A DNA stretch of 32,000 bases from an uncultured Clostridia bacterium (GCA_944387565.1 CALXFJ010000001.1:1-32000), one strand, 5' to 3'. Shown: positions 1-9,456, counted from the stretch's first letter. Made by a program: numbers and translations. The notes: generated by a model not told the origin, from the letters alone.

Positions 1-61
1 AGTTTTTTTTCGAAGGACTGAACAATTTGTAGTGTTTTCACTACCTATATTTTAGAGATAG

Positions 62-429
62 ATAATAATTAGAATGTTTGAAAATAGGACAGTACAAATT
101 ATGTCATATAACATAGAAACAATTATAGCAGAAAAATTAGAAACAATCATATCAAGGGGGGATTAAACAGTAGGATGAAAGATTACTATGACTTATATTA
201 TCTATTTAAATATAAAAAAGAGGATATTTCTTCTAAAACATTAGAAAGAGCAATAGAAAACACATTTTCAAAAAGAAACACAAGTAAAGAAAATATGGAT
301 AAAATTTTAAATGAAATGAAAGAAAATAGATTTTTAAATGATTTATGGAATTCATATAAAAAAAGATATAATTATGCTAAAAATATAAAATTTAATGAAA
401 TAATAGATATAATATTAAAAGAAACATAA
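62..429 (+). pseudogene. AbiEii/AbiGii-family (DUF1814) nucleotidyltransferase toxin, C-terminal remnant, frameshifted
   Basis: Frame 2 reads ...MSYNIETIIAEKLETIISRGD* (stop 164-166). Frame 1 continues GGLNSRMKDYYDLYYLFKY... to 429. Joined, they give the AEKL..R...R.KD.YDL C-terminal signature. The frame switch lies in a G6 run at 156-161. Stop at 59-61 and no N-terminal half. Confidence 0.5.
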
Positions 430-473
430 AAACAAAAAACCTTACGGAATAAGGATTTTCTTGTTAAAATTAC

Positions 474-502
474 TTGCAAATTTTATCTAGTTTTAGTATA
501 AT
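474..502 (+). promoter_or_regulatory. sigma-A type promoter upstream of gyrA
   Basis: TTGCAA (474-479), 17-nt spacer, TATAAT (497-502), 37 nt before the gyrA ATG. RBS GAGGGAAAA precedes 540. Confidence 0.55.
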
Positions 503-539
503 ACAAATGTAGAAAAATACGAAGAAAAGAGGGAAAACA

Positions 540-3002
540 ATGGAAGAAACACCAAATAGAAATGACGGAAAAATAATAGAAAGAGACATCGAAAAAGAAA
601 TGAGAACAGCCTACATAGACTACGCAATGAGTGTTATTGTATCACGTGCACTTCCAGACGCAAGAGATGGTTTAAAACCAGTACATAGAAGAATTCTATA
701 TGCTATGTATGAAGATGGAATAACATCAGATAAACCATACAGAAAAAGTGCTAATACAGTAGGTTCAGTTTTAGGAAGATACCATCCACATGGAGATAGT
801 TCAGTATATGATGCAATGGTAAGAATGGCACAAGACTTCTCAATGAGATATATGTTAATAGATGGACATGGAAACTTCGGTTCTGTTGATGGTGATGGAG
901 CAGCAGCCATGAGGTACACAGAAGCAAGAATGTCAAAAATAGCATCTTATATGTTAACAGACATAGAGAAAAATACTGTAGACTTTATGCCAAACTATGA
1001 TGATAGACTACAAGAACCAACGGTATTACCAGCAAGAGTACCATTACTTTTAGTAAATGGCTCATCAGGAATAGCAGTAGGTATGGCAACAAATATACCA
1101 CCACATAACTTAACAGAAGTTATAAATGGAATAATAAAAATAATAGATGAAGATAATGTAACAGATGAAGACTTAATGAAAATTATAAAAGGGCCAGATT
1201 TCCCAACAGAAGGATTAATATTAGGACGTGAAGGTATTAAACAAGCATATACAACAGGAAGAGGAAAAATAACATTAAGAGCAGAAACAAATATAGAGGA
1301 AATGAGTGGAAACAGACAAAGAATAATAGTTTCATCATTACCATACCAAGTAAATAAAGCAAACTTAATAAAAACAATATCAGATTTATCTAAAGAAAAG
1401 AAAATAGAAGGAATCTCTGAATGTAGAGATGAATCAGACAGAAAAGATAAGGTAAGAGTTGTAATAGAATTAAAAAGAGATGTAAATGCACAAGTTGTAT
1501 TAAATCAACTATTTAAACACACACAAATGCAAACAACATTTGGAATAATTATGCTTGCATTAGTAAATGGAGAACCAAAAATATTAACATTAAGACAAGC
1601 AATAGATTGTTATATAGACCATAGAAAAGAAGTAATTACAAGAAGAACAAAATTTGATTTAGATAAAGCATTAGCAAGAGCACACATATTAGAAGGATTA
1701 AAAATAGCTTTAGATTATATAGATGAAGTAATTCAAATAATACGTTCTTCATATGATGATGCAAAAGAAAGATTAATGGAAAGATTTGGTTTATCAGATG
1801 TACAAGCACAAGCAATTCTAGATATGAGGTTAAAAACATTATCAGGATTGCAACGTGAAAAAATTGAAGAAGAATATAAACAATTAATGGAATTAATAGA
1901 CCACTTAAGAGCAATCTTAGGAAGTGAAAAACTATTATTTGATGTAATGAAAGAAGAGTTAATTGAAGTAAGAGATAAATTCGGAGATGAAAGAAAAACA
2001 AAAATAGTAGCATCTGAAGCAGAAATAGATGAAGAAGATTTAATAAAAGAAGAACAATGTGTAGTAGCCTTAACACATTTTGGATATATCAAGAGAATGC
2101 CAATAGACACATATAAGAGCCAAAGAAGAGGTGGAAAGGGAATCACAGGAATGGCAACACGTGAAAATGATTTTGTAAAAGAAATATTTACAACATCAAC
2201 ACATGATATGATATTATTCTTCACAAATAAAGGAAAACTATATAAATTAAAAGGATATGAAATACCAGAAGCAGGAAGAACAGCAAAAGGAACAGCAATT
2301 GTTAATCTATTAAGTTTAGACCCAGGAGAAAAAGTATCAGCAGTAATCCCAATCCAAAACTTCGCAGATGGAAAATATCTATTAATGGCAACTAAAAATG
2401 GTTTAATTAAGAAAACACCATTAAAAGAATATGATACAACAAGAAGAACAGGATTACAAGGAATAACTCTAAAAGATGAAGATGAATTAATTGCAGTAAG
2501 ACTAACAGATGGAGAAGATAATGTAGTTCTAGTTACAAGAAATGGATTATGTATTACATTTGATGAAAAAGAAGTAAGACCAATAGGAAGAGTAGCACAA
2601 GGTGTAATTGGAATTAGATTAGACGATGATGATGAAGTAATCGGAATGGAATCTGTAATTAATGGAGGAAAAGCAACATTACTTGCAATTACTGAAAACG
2701 GATTCGGAAAGAGAACAGAACTTGATGAATATAGAGTACAAAAAAGAGGCGGAAGAGGAGTAATTACTTACAAAATAACACCAAAAACAGGAAAACTAGT
2801 AGGAGTAAGAGTATCAACAGAAGAGGATGATGTAATGCTTGTTACAGATACAGGAACAATTATTAGACTAAAAGTAGCAGAAGTAAGCATTTTAGGAAGG
2901 TCAACACAAGGTGTTACTTTAATGAGAACTAGCGATGGTGGAAAAGTAGTAGGAATTGAAACTTTAAAACCTGAAAAAGACGGATTAGGAGATATAATAT
3001 AA
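540..3002 (+). CDS. gyrA: DNA gyrase subunit A
   Basis: 820 aa. Has AYIDYAMSVIVSRALPDARDGLKPVHRRILYAM, QRDR HPHGDSSVYDAMVRMAQDF (Ser87/Asp91, equivalent to E. coli S83/D87, wild type) and catalytic AAAMRYTEARM (Tyr126). C-terminal beta-pinwheel repeats (RGGKG, QGV..I). Confidence 0.98.
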   Translation: MEETPNRNDGKIIERDIEKEMRTAYIDYAMSVIVSRALPDARDGLKPVHRRILYAMYEDGITSDKPYRKSANTVGSVLGRYHPHGDSSVYDAMVRMAQDFSMRYMLIDGHGNFGSVDGDGAAAMRYTEARMSKIASYMLTDIEKNTVDFMPNYDDRLQEPTVLPARVPLLLVNGSSGIAVGMATNIPPHNLTEVINGIIKIIDEDNVTDEDLMKIIKGPDFPTEGLILGREGIKQAYTTGRGKITLRAETNIEEMSGNRQRIIVSSLPYQVNKANLIKTISDLSKEKKIEGISECRDESDRKDKVRVVIELKRDVNAQVVLNQLFKHTQMQTTFGIIMLALVNGEPKILTLRQAIDCYIDHRKEVITRRTKFDLDKALARAHILEGLKIALDYIDEVIQIIRSSYDDAKERLMERFGLSDVQAQAILDMRLKTLSGLQREKIEEEYKQLMELIDHLRAILGSEKLLFDVMKEELIEVRDKFGDERKTKIVASEAEIDEEDLIKEEQCVVALTHFGYIKRMPIDTYKSQRRGGKGITGMATRENDFVKEIFTTSTHDMILFFTNKGKLYKLKGYEIPEAGRTAKGTAIVNLLSLDPGEKVSAVIPIQNFADGKYLLMATKNGLIKKTPLKEYDTTRRTGLQGITLKDEDELIAVRLTDGEDNVVLVTRNGLCITFDEKEVRPIGRVAQGVIGIRLDDDDEVIGMESVINGGKATLLAITENGFGKRTELDEYRVQKRGGRGVITYKITPKTGKLVGVRVSTEEDDVMLVTDTGTIIRLKVAEVSILGRSTQGVTLMRTSDGGKVVGIETLKPEKDGLGDII

Positions 3003-3010
3003 AAATAAAA

Positions 3011-3042
3011 CCCTATTAATGTTAAACATTAGTAGGGTTTTT
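3011..3042. terminator. bidirectional intrinsic terminator between gyrA and the convergent loader gene
   Basis: CCCTATTAATGTT / AACATTAGTAGGG stem followed by TTTTT, with an A-run on the other side. Confidence 0.7.
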
Positions 3043-3044
3043 CT

Positions 3045-4047
3045 CTATCTTTTAAATCTTAAATCATCACCAAAGAAATAATAAATATCATAATAACCAG
3101 CAATTCTAGAACCAATACGTTCTTCATAATTATTAAAAATATCATTAATATTTAAATTAGTAGAAATAATAGTTTTAGTAATTTTATTATTTAAATTTAA
3201 AATACGAGTATTTAAAATAGTAAATAACTCACTAAGTTTCATGCTATTTAAACTTTCAGTACCCAAATCATCAATAATTAATAAATCAGACTCTAAAACA
3301 GATTTATAAATATTATTATCAGTATTTTTATTTTTACTCATCTTATAATCTATTACGCTTTCAAGTAAAACAGGAGCTGTTTGGTAAAGAACAGTTTTAC
3401 CTTTGTTTAATAAACTATAAGCAATACAATTTGACATAAAAGTTTTACCGTAAACCAGTATTGCCTGTAAATAATAAATTTTTTTGATTAGGGTCATCAA
3501 AATTTTCTACAAATTCAATACATTTTTCTTTTATATTTAATATATTTTTTCTTGGCGAGATATTAAACCTATATTTGGCAACATCAACTTCGTCAGAAAA
3601 AATATCAGCATTAAAGGTAGAAAAATTCTCTTTATCTAAATTAGACATATTAGATTTATTAAAAGAATAATTAAGTAATTTTTGTTTTAAACAATAACAC
3701 ATATGTGTCTGATAATTTGAATCTGTATAATAACCAGTATCATTGCAAACATTACATTCATAATGAGGTTTTAAATAATTTTCATCTAAATTTAAACTAT
3801 TTAAAATCTCAGATTTTTGATTTTTTAAATCATTAATACGCCTTTCAAGTTCATCCTGAGCAGAAGATGAATTACCATATTTAAGAATATTTTTTGCTGT
3901 ATTAATTGCAAAACTATTTAAATTATCTTCAATTTCCTTTAACTTAGGAACATTTTCATATAACTCTTCTTTTCTTTTTTCAGCATCCATTTCTGCTTCT
4001 AACTTTTTTTTAGCATATTCTTGTAAAATAGAATTTAATACTTCCAT
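3045..4047 (-). pseudogene. DnaC/DnaI-type replicative helicase loader (AAA+), frameshifted inside Walker A
   Basis: The two ORFs 3445..4047 and 3045..3500 overlap. The N part has the zinc motif CNVCNDTGY...MCYC and ends LLFTGNTGLR*. The C part begins ..GKTFMSNCIAY and has Walker B LLIIDDLGTE. Coding strand reads ggtttaCggtaaaact; removing one base (+strand ~3450) restores GNTGLGKT. Confidence 0.8.
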
Positions 4048-5022
4048 TTACCCCTCCTTGTTGTTATTTGCATAAAGAAAATCTAAATTAGAATATTTAC
4101 GCTGTTCGTAATTTGCTTTATTTACCCTAGTTTTTAATTCTTTAGTACTCTTTTCTTGTTTCTTTCTTTGCTCTAGAAAAGCATTAATTTCAGAAGGCGT
4201 TTTTAAGTTCCTTTCATGCCAATCTGTAATAATATTGTTAATATATTCAAAAGTAGGATTTTGCTTAAATGTAGTTCTTTTTAAAGCTATTTCAATAATA
4301 TTCATATCATATCCAAAATTTAGAACCCAATTTTCAATATAAGCTTCTTCGTATTGAGTTAATCCATTATATCTACCAAGTTTTTTAGCAATTGATTTTT
4401 TGATTTTATTTAAAATTTCTTGTTGTTCATAATATCTATCTAAATCATTCCAAGTTTTAATCTTATTGCTTGCCCAAGCTTCTGCAACAGTTTGAACATA
4501 ATTCCTATGAAGAGCACTACGTTTATAACAATAATCAAATAAAGCAATCATAACTTGCTCATCAAAATTATATTTTCTGAACCATAGGTCAATATCATTA
4601 TACCAAGAAGGACCCATAATTCCTTGAAAATATGTATTATTAATATGTTCGATAGCCTTTGATTTAGATTTATTTTTAGCAGTTTGTTCAATTTTCTCCT
4701 TAGAAAGACTTAAATTAGGAGTATATAAATTGTGCAAAGTAGCCTCTTGTAAATCAATAATAATATATCCTGTAGTTTTTTTCATAATTAAACCATGTTC
4801 TTCTAGGAATTTTGTACCTTCATTAATTACATTAAGTGGAATGTTTAATTTCTTAGAAAGGTCATTCAACTTTATATCTTTTCCATATTTAGATAAGAAA
4901 ATTAAATATAAATAAATTTTTAAATAATCCCCGGGTATTTCTGATAAATGTTCTGAAAAAAATATATCTGGAATACTTGTTTCTGAAAATAAAAGTGGCT
5001 TTTCTTTCTGTTCTAGCTTCAT
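4048..5022 (-). CDS. DnaD/DnaB_2-domain replication initiation / helicase-loading protein
   Basis: 324 aa. N-terminal wHTH-like region (GDYLKIYLYLIFLSKYG). Two DnaB_2-type repeats (VMIALFDYCYKR...YVQTVAEAWASNKIKT and NIIEIALKRT...YINNIITDWHERNLKT). Its stop abuts the loader start (4048/4047). Confidence 0.75.
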   Translation of the reverse strand: MKLEQKEKPLLFSETSIPDIFFSEHLSEIPGDYLKIYLYLIFLSKYGKDIKLNDLSKKLNIPLNVINEGTKFLEEHGLIMKKTTGYIIIDLQEATLHNLYTPNLSLSKEKIEQTAKNKSKSKAIEHINNTYFQGIMGPSWYNDIDLWFRKYNFDEQVMIALFDYCYKRSALHRNYVQTVAEAWASNKIKTWNDLDRYYEQQEILNKIKKSIAKKLGRYNGLTQYEEAYIENWVLNFGYDMNIIEIALKRTTFKQNPTFEYINNIITDWHERNLKTPSEINAFLEQRKKQEKSTKELKTRVNKANYEQRKYSNLDFLYANNNKEG

Positions 5023-5085
5023 TATAATCTCCCCTAATCATGTTCTTATTTGTAACCTAAATTATAACTTTTTTAGACAAAAAAT

Positions 5086-5385
5086 TCAAGTTAAATTTTT
5101 ATAATTTTTATTGTAAAAAAATAATTTTTGTCTAAAAATGAATTTAAATAAATATTTAAAAACATATATAATATTTTCTCCATGAAAACCAGCAAAACTA
5201 AAAAGAAGAAGTGGAAAACAAAAAGAAATAAAAACAAAAACTTTTATATTAATAGAATCAAATAATAAATTAACAAGTAAAAAAATAATACCATACCAAA
5301 TAACATTTACTAAAGCAGTTTGATAATCAATAATACCTAAAATCTTATTCTTAAAATGATAATTTTGTGGAAAAATAAATTTCAT
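5086..5385 (-). CDS. small polytopic membrane protein, PrgI/TcpE-like (conjugation-module type)
   Basis: 99 aa with two to three hydrophobic helices. It follows the VirB6-like gene, as prgI follows prgH in pCF10-type modules. Assignment is by size, topology and position only. Confidence 0.35.
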   Translation of the reverse strand: MKFIFPQNYHFKNKILGIIDYQTALVNVIWYGIIFLLVNLLFDSINIKVFVFISFCFPLLLFSFAGFHGENIIYVFKYLFKFIFRQKLFFYNKNYKNLT

Positions 5386-5394
5386 AATACCTCC

Positions 5395-6273
5395 TTAAAT
5401 TTTAAAATTAGAAAAACTTTTCACAGATTGTGAAATATTTGTGGAAACACAACCTATAAATTCACGTACAAAAGAATTTGCTCTAATTAAAGCATAAATA
5501 CCACCAGCATATATAAATTTATTAAATAAATTAGTAGAAGAGTAATCTAAAGAAAATAGAATAAGAAGAACTAAAGACACAATAATTTGTATAAAAAGTA
5601 ATGAAAATAAATTCTTAAGCCAGGACTTAAAAAACCACGATGTACTATTTAAACTAAGAGAAAGAAATGCAAAAGGAGCAAGAAGTACAAATACCTTTAT
5701 CATAATATATCTTAAAGAATAGGAAAAAACTAGACTTAAAAGAGAAACACTTAAAACACTTTTAATTAAACCATCTACTGAAAAAATGTTTAAAGAATTA
5801 GTATCCACAGCCATATTTGTATTAATAGTAGAAATTAATTGAGAGAAACTGATTTCTTTATTAAAAAGATTAAAACCAAGTTCTCTAATCGCAAGCGAGA
5901 TATTAGAATTTAAATCTAATATAATTTGGACGATAAAAAATGAGAAATTCATACAAATACCAAAAACGACTAATTTTATAATAAAACTAAAAGGACTATC
6001 TACTCTATGATATGTAATATGTGACATTAAATATCTAAAACTATAATAGAGAATAAAACCTAAAAGCAGGGAATTTGCAATTAAAAGAATACCTTGGGAA
6101 GTAGAAGAACCAAATAGATTTGTAAAATTTTTATCATCTAAAATACTAGAATTTACAAAAGTAATTTCATCTAATACAGAATAAAGATTGTTATCAATAG
6201 AAGCAAAAAGTGTTTCAAATATACTATTTATTGTATTAATAATTACTTGAGTTATATCATTTGAATTTTCCAA
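5395..6273 (-). CDS. polytopic membrane protein, VirB6/TrbL/PrgH-like
   Basis: 292 aa, at least 5 predicted TM helices, soluble N-terminus, RBS GGAGGG upstream. Assignment is by topology and context. Confidence 0.4.
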   Translation of the reverse strand: MENSNDITQVIINTINSIFETLFASIDNNLYSVLDEITFVNSSILDDKNFTNLFGSSTSQGILLIANSLLLGFILYYSFRYLMSHITYHRVDSPFSFIIKLVVFGICMNFSFFIVQIILDLNSNISLAIRELGFNLFNKEISFSQLISTINTNMAVDTNSLNIFSVDGLIKSVLSVSLLSLVFSYSLRYIMIKVFVLLAPFAFLSLSLNSTSWFFKSWLKNLFSLLFIQIIVSLVLLILFSLDYSSTNLFNKFIYAGGIYALIRANSFVREFIGCVSTNISQSVKSFSNFKI

Positions 6274-6284
6274 AAAAACCCTCC

Positions 6285-6617
6285 TTAACCAATTAAAGAT
6301 TTAATAGCAGATAGAATTAAATCAATTGCTAGAATAAAGGCATATGAAAATAAAGAACCTTTTATAATTTTCTTACCCATTCTAATTTTCTCTTCATCAC
6401 CAAAGCTAAATTTTTTCATAAAAATACCACTACCAACAGCAACAGCTGCAGCAGGAGTTGCAATTTTTATAATCCAACTTTCAATACTTTCAAATGCAGA
6501 GTTAATTTTAGTAACAATTTCTGGGTCACCCCAAGCAAAAGAAAAAGAAGAAAAAGTAAATAATAAAGTAGCTGAGAAAATAAATATAAAACCAAAATAA
6601 AATTTTTTCTTATTCAT
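6285..6617 (-). CDS. VirB2/TrbC (Maff2-like) small secreted membrane protein
   Basis: Probable start is MNKKKFYFGF (ATG at 6617, AAAGGA 9 nt upstream). Signal-like helix ending FSFAWG, then two hydrophobic helices separated by a KKFSFGDEEKIRMGKK loop, which is the typical pilin-like layout. Confidence 0.45.
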   Translation of the reverse strand: MNKKKFYFGFIFIFSATLLFTFSSFSFAWGDPEIVTKINSAFESIESWIIKIATPAAAVAVGSGIFMKKFSFGDEEKIRMGKKIIKGSLFSYAFILAIDLILSAIKSLIG

Positions 6618-6657
6618 ACTAATCATTCCTTTAATGTATTTAGATTTTAAGGAAAAT

Positions 6658-8410
6658 CTATAAACCAATTTCTTTAAAATGAGGAAACATTTTTAATTTT
6701 TTTGGTGGATAAATAATATTTCCATCAGATAAAAAAGTAAGAGCGGTAAAAGTTTCTAATTTTTGAGTAAAAAACTTAGAATCAAAAATAAAATCATTTT
6801 GAATATAAGTACTGTATGTTTCTGAAATATTTGAATCTTCTGAGTTTAAAGTTTGGGTTATATAACTAAAACTTGTTTTTTTAGCACTTTCAGAAATACT
6901 TCTAGATACTTTTTCTTTATCTTCTTTACCAAGTTGCTTTTGAGCTTCCTCAATTGTAAAAGAATCATCTGTTCTAAACCAAATCTTATTAATTAGATTT
7001 TGAACAATTACTTTAACACTAGCATCATCTTTTAATGTAGTTTTCAAAGAAGAATAACTTTGAGTACTTAAAATATTAATACATTTTGCCTCTCTACTTA
7101 AAGAAAAGAACTCACCATCAGTTTTACTTGCAAATTTATCATATTCATCACAAATAAAAGCAGATGTATGAACGTTACTTTTAGAAAGGTTAGTCATTAT
7201 TTCTGTTTGAAAATCAAGCTTTAAATATGTTGCTATAATTCTAGAAAGAATATCATATTCGAAAATATTCATATTAAGAATTACAATCTTTCCAGAAGAT
7301 AAAACTTCATCAAACCCTGTAAATGTAAGTTTATTCTTGGGAGGACAAAATGTATTTTTTACATCATAATCAGAAACAAAAGTAGATGTAATTCTAGTAA
7401 TTTCAGAAATTAGAATTCCTTTAGTTCTACTATCTAAGTTAAAGAATTCTTTTTCAAAGAAATCCATACATTCATTTAGTTCATATATTTGTTCATTAGT
7501 AAATTTACAAGAAATAAATAAATTTCTCAAAATAGATATCTTTTCTTTGTAGTAATTAGGATTAGTAACTAACTTATGAATTTCAGAGAAAGTAACATAT
7601 CCATTATTATAAAGTCTACAAAGTTTAATACATTCACATAATACTTCTTCAGCTTTATCAAGCCAATATGATTCAGAATTATTCTCAGAAAAAAGGAGTA
7701 AAATTGTTTTTAATCTACTTGCTAAAACTTGAGGTTTTAAATTAGGTTTGTGTAGTGGATTATAAAATATATTTGAATTTAGCCCAAGAACAATTAAATC
7801 TTTAGATAAATCATATTTATCACAATATGTTTTAATTTGTTTATAGTAATTACCTTTTACATCTAATATAAGCATACCAATTTTTTTATCAGGCTTATAA
7901 GAGTTATATTCTAAAAGTTGTCTTGTAAAAGGATACATAGCACTTGAAGTTTTTCCTGAGCCAATTGTTCCCGTAATTAAAAGATTTTGATAAAGACCGA
8001 TTTTCTGGTATATAAATAATTTTTTTGTTTTCATCTACTCCGATTTTTAAAAATAAAGAGTTTTTTAAAGATTGAAATCTTGTTATTTTTTCTTTAGAAT
8101 TAACCTCATATTTAGCTTTGGATTTTGGATTCTTTATTCTTAGAATTAAACTTTTAAAAAATTTTACAATATTTGAAATAATACGAAGATAAATAAATTC
8201 TCCTATAAAAAAGAATGAAATTATAGATGTAAAGATATATGTTGTTTTAATAATTTTCCATAAATCAGGATTTTCAGAACAAATATCAAAAGGATGAATT
8301 CCATAAGGTATTATAATTTCATCTGCTACAAAAATTGGATAAAAAATTTTAAAACTAATAAAACCAAGAATAAAAGAAAAGACCAAAGAAAATAAAATAC
8401 TTTTCTTAGT
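6658..8410 (-). pseudogene. VirD4/TraG/TraD-family type IV coupling protein (T4CP), frameshifted
   Basis: The N-terminal 2-TM part (ORF 7904..8386) and the ATPase part (ORF 6658..8034; Walker A GTIGSGKTSS, Walker B FICDEYDKF, TraG-D_C-like LSTQSYSSL) are in frames offset by 1. The lesion lies between ~7985 and 8030 and includes a T7/A7 run at 8020-8026. RBS AAGGAGG (8415-8421) is followed in frame by ATA ACT AAG AAA... with no ATG/GTG/TTG until 8386. Confidence 0.7.
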
Positions 8411-8428
8411 TATAAAAATTACCTCCTT

Positions 8429-8611
8429 TTAAAAATACTTTTTCTTAATTTTTAATTTTGCTCCTTGTTTGTTATTGAATAAAACTATATCAAAAAAAGT
8501 ATATAATGAATATAAAGTGATAAAAAGATATATAATAAATGTGATAAAAAATAAATGAATTAAATTAGAAATAATTATCACCGCCTTACGATTTTTTAAA
8601 TAATACAACAT
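8429..8611 (-). CDS. hypothetical small membrane protein
   Basis: 60-aa ORF with one long hydrophobic stretch, first gene of the minus-strand block. No recognisable motif. Confidence 0.25.
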   Translation of the reverse strand: MLYYLKNRKAVIIISNLIHLFFITFIIYLFITLYSLYTFFDIVLFNNKQGAKLKIKKKYF

Positions 8612-8688
8612 TTTTTATAATTTGTCTATACTTTTTTGAAAAAATATGGTAAAATTTATTATAGACATAAAAAAAGGAGGAATTCAAA

Positions 8689-8880
8689 GTGAAATTTGAT
8701 AAAGATACACGTATAGGAGATTTACTAGAACAAGCTCCAGAAAAAGCAGAAATTTTATTAAATGCTGGTATGCATTGTATTGGATGTCCTGCATCACAAA
8801 TGGAAACAATAGAAGAAGCTTGTGAAGTTCATGGAATAGATGTAGAGGAAGTAGTAGAAAAACTAAATGCAGAGGAGTAA
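8689..8880 (+). CDS. DUF1858-type small redox/disulfide protein (hybrid-cluster-protein-associated family)
   Basis: 63 aa. GTG start 8 nt after AAAGGAGG. Motif IGDLLEQAPEKAEILLNAGMHCIGCPASQMETIEEAC. Confidence 0.7.
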   Translation: MKFDKDTRIGDLLEQAPEKAEILLNAGMHCIGCPASQMETIEEACEVHGIDVEEVVEKLNAEE

Positions 8881-8942
8881 AATATAGTAAATTTATATAT
8901 AAATAGCATAAATTTTAAAAAATGCACAAAAAAATTACAATT

Positions 8943-8986
8943 TTTTTCACAAATGTATTGACATTTGTGAAAAAATATTGTAAACT
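8943..8986 (+). promoter_or_regulatory. tRNA-cluster promoter overlapped by a 13-14 bp perfect palindrome
   Basis: TTGACA (8958-8963), 17-nt spacer, TAAACT (8981-8986). Palindrome TTTTTCACAAATG-TATTGA-CATTTGTGAAAAA spans 8943-8974. Confidence 0.5.
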
Positions 8987-9016
8987 AAATAAGCGTTATG
9001 AAGTGTAACAAGTTAT

Positions 9017-9092
9017 GGGCTATTAGCTCAGGTGGTAGAGCACTTGACTTTTAATCAAGTTGTCCCGCGTTCGAGTCGCGGATAGCTCACCA
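9017..9092 (+). tRNA. tRNA-Lys (anticodon UUU)
   Basis: 76-nt cloverleaf. Acceptor GGGCTAT/ATAGCTC, anticodon arm CTTGA-CTTTTAA-TCAAG, T-loop TTCGAGT, encoded CCA. Confidence 0.93.
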
Positions 9093-9136
9093 AAAGAACT
9101 AAATAATTTAAAAGTTATTTAGTTCTTTGTATTTAA

Positions 9137-9211
9137 GGCCCCGTGGTCAAGCGGTTAAGACATCGCCCTTTCACGGCGGAGACATGGGTTCGATTCCCGT
9201 CGGGGTCACCA
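9137..9211 (+). tRNA. tRNA-Glu (anticodon UUC)
   Basis: 75 nt. Acceptor GGCCCCG/CGGGGTC, anticodon loop CTTTCAC, T-loop TTCGATT, encoded CCA. Confidence 0.92.
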
Positions 9212-9228
9212 AATTTAATTAAATAGTT

Positions 9229-9305
9229 GCCACTTTAGCTCAGTTGGCCAGAGCATCGCACTTGTAATGCGAGGGTCATCCGTTCGAATCGGATAAGTGG
9301 CTCCA
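9229..9305 (+). tRNA. tRNA-Thr (anticodon UGU)
   Basis: 77 nt. Acceptor GCCACTT/AAGTGGC, anticodon arm TCGCA-CTTGTAA-TGCGA, T-loop TTCGAAT, encoded CCA. Confidence 0.93.
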
Positions 9306-9354
9306 ATAAAAGGTCATTAGTTTCGAGATATCTCTTAATTATTGGCTTTTTTAT
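9254..9354 (+). repeat. direct repeat R1a: tRNA-Thr positions ~26-77 plus ~48 nt of 3' flank (attL-like)
   Basis: Near-identical to 13024-13125, with about 3 substitutions and 1 T indel, all outside the tRNA part. Confidence 0.9.
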
Positions 9355-9359
9355 TTACG

Positions 9360-9456
9360 AAAAAACAGAGTAGGCGCAACTTCTACTCTGACGACTGTTA
9401 TGTATTGCTCACATTAGTCTTTGTTTGTCTTTTCATTTTGCATTTGTTGAGGTTGT
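9360..9456. repeat. repeat R2a: orphan copy of a small-ORF 3' end plus its minus-strand terminator
   Basis: About 93% identical to 10175-10271 (6 mismatches by eye). In this copy an in-frame TGA sits immediately upstream, so only the tail survives. Confidence 0.85.

Noticed and set aside
780-815. Fluoroquinolone-resistance substitutions in the gyrA QRDR
   Set aside because: The residues equivalent to E. coli Ser83 and Asp87 are Ser87 and Asp91 (HPHGDSSVYD), which is the wild-type pattern.
620-2224. Four minus-strand ORFs (620..919, 751..945, 1636..2076, 1733..2224) inside gyrA
   Set aside because: They are antisense to a full-length, motif-rich gyrA. Their translations are low-complexity (Leu/Phe/Ser-rich), as expected from the reverse complement of AT-rich coding DNA, and they have no RBS.
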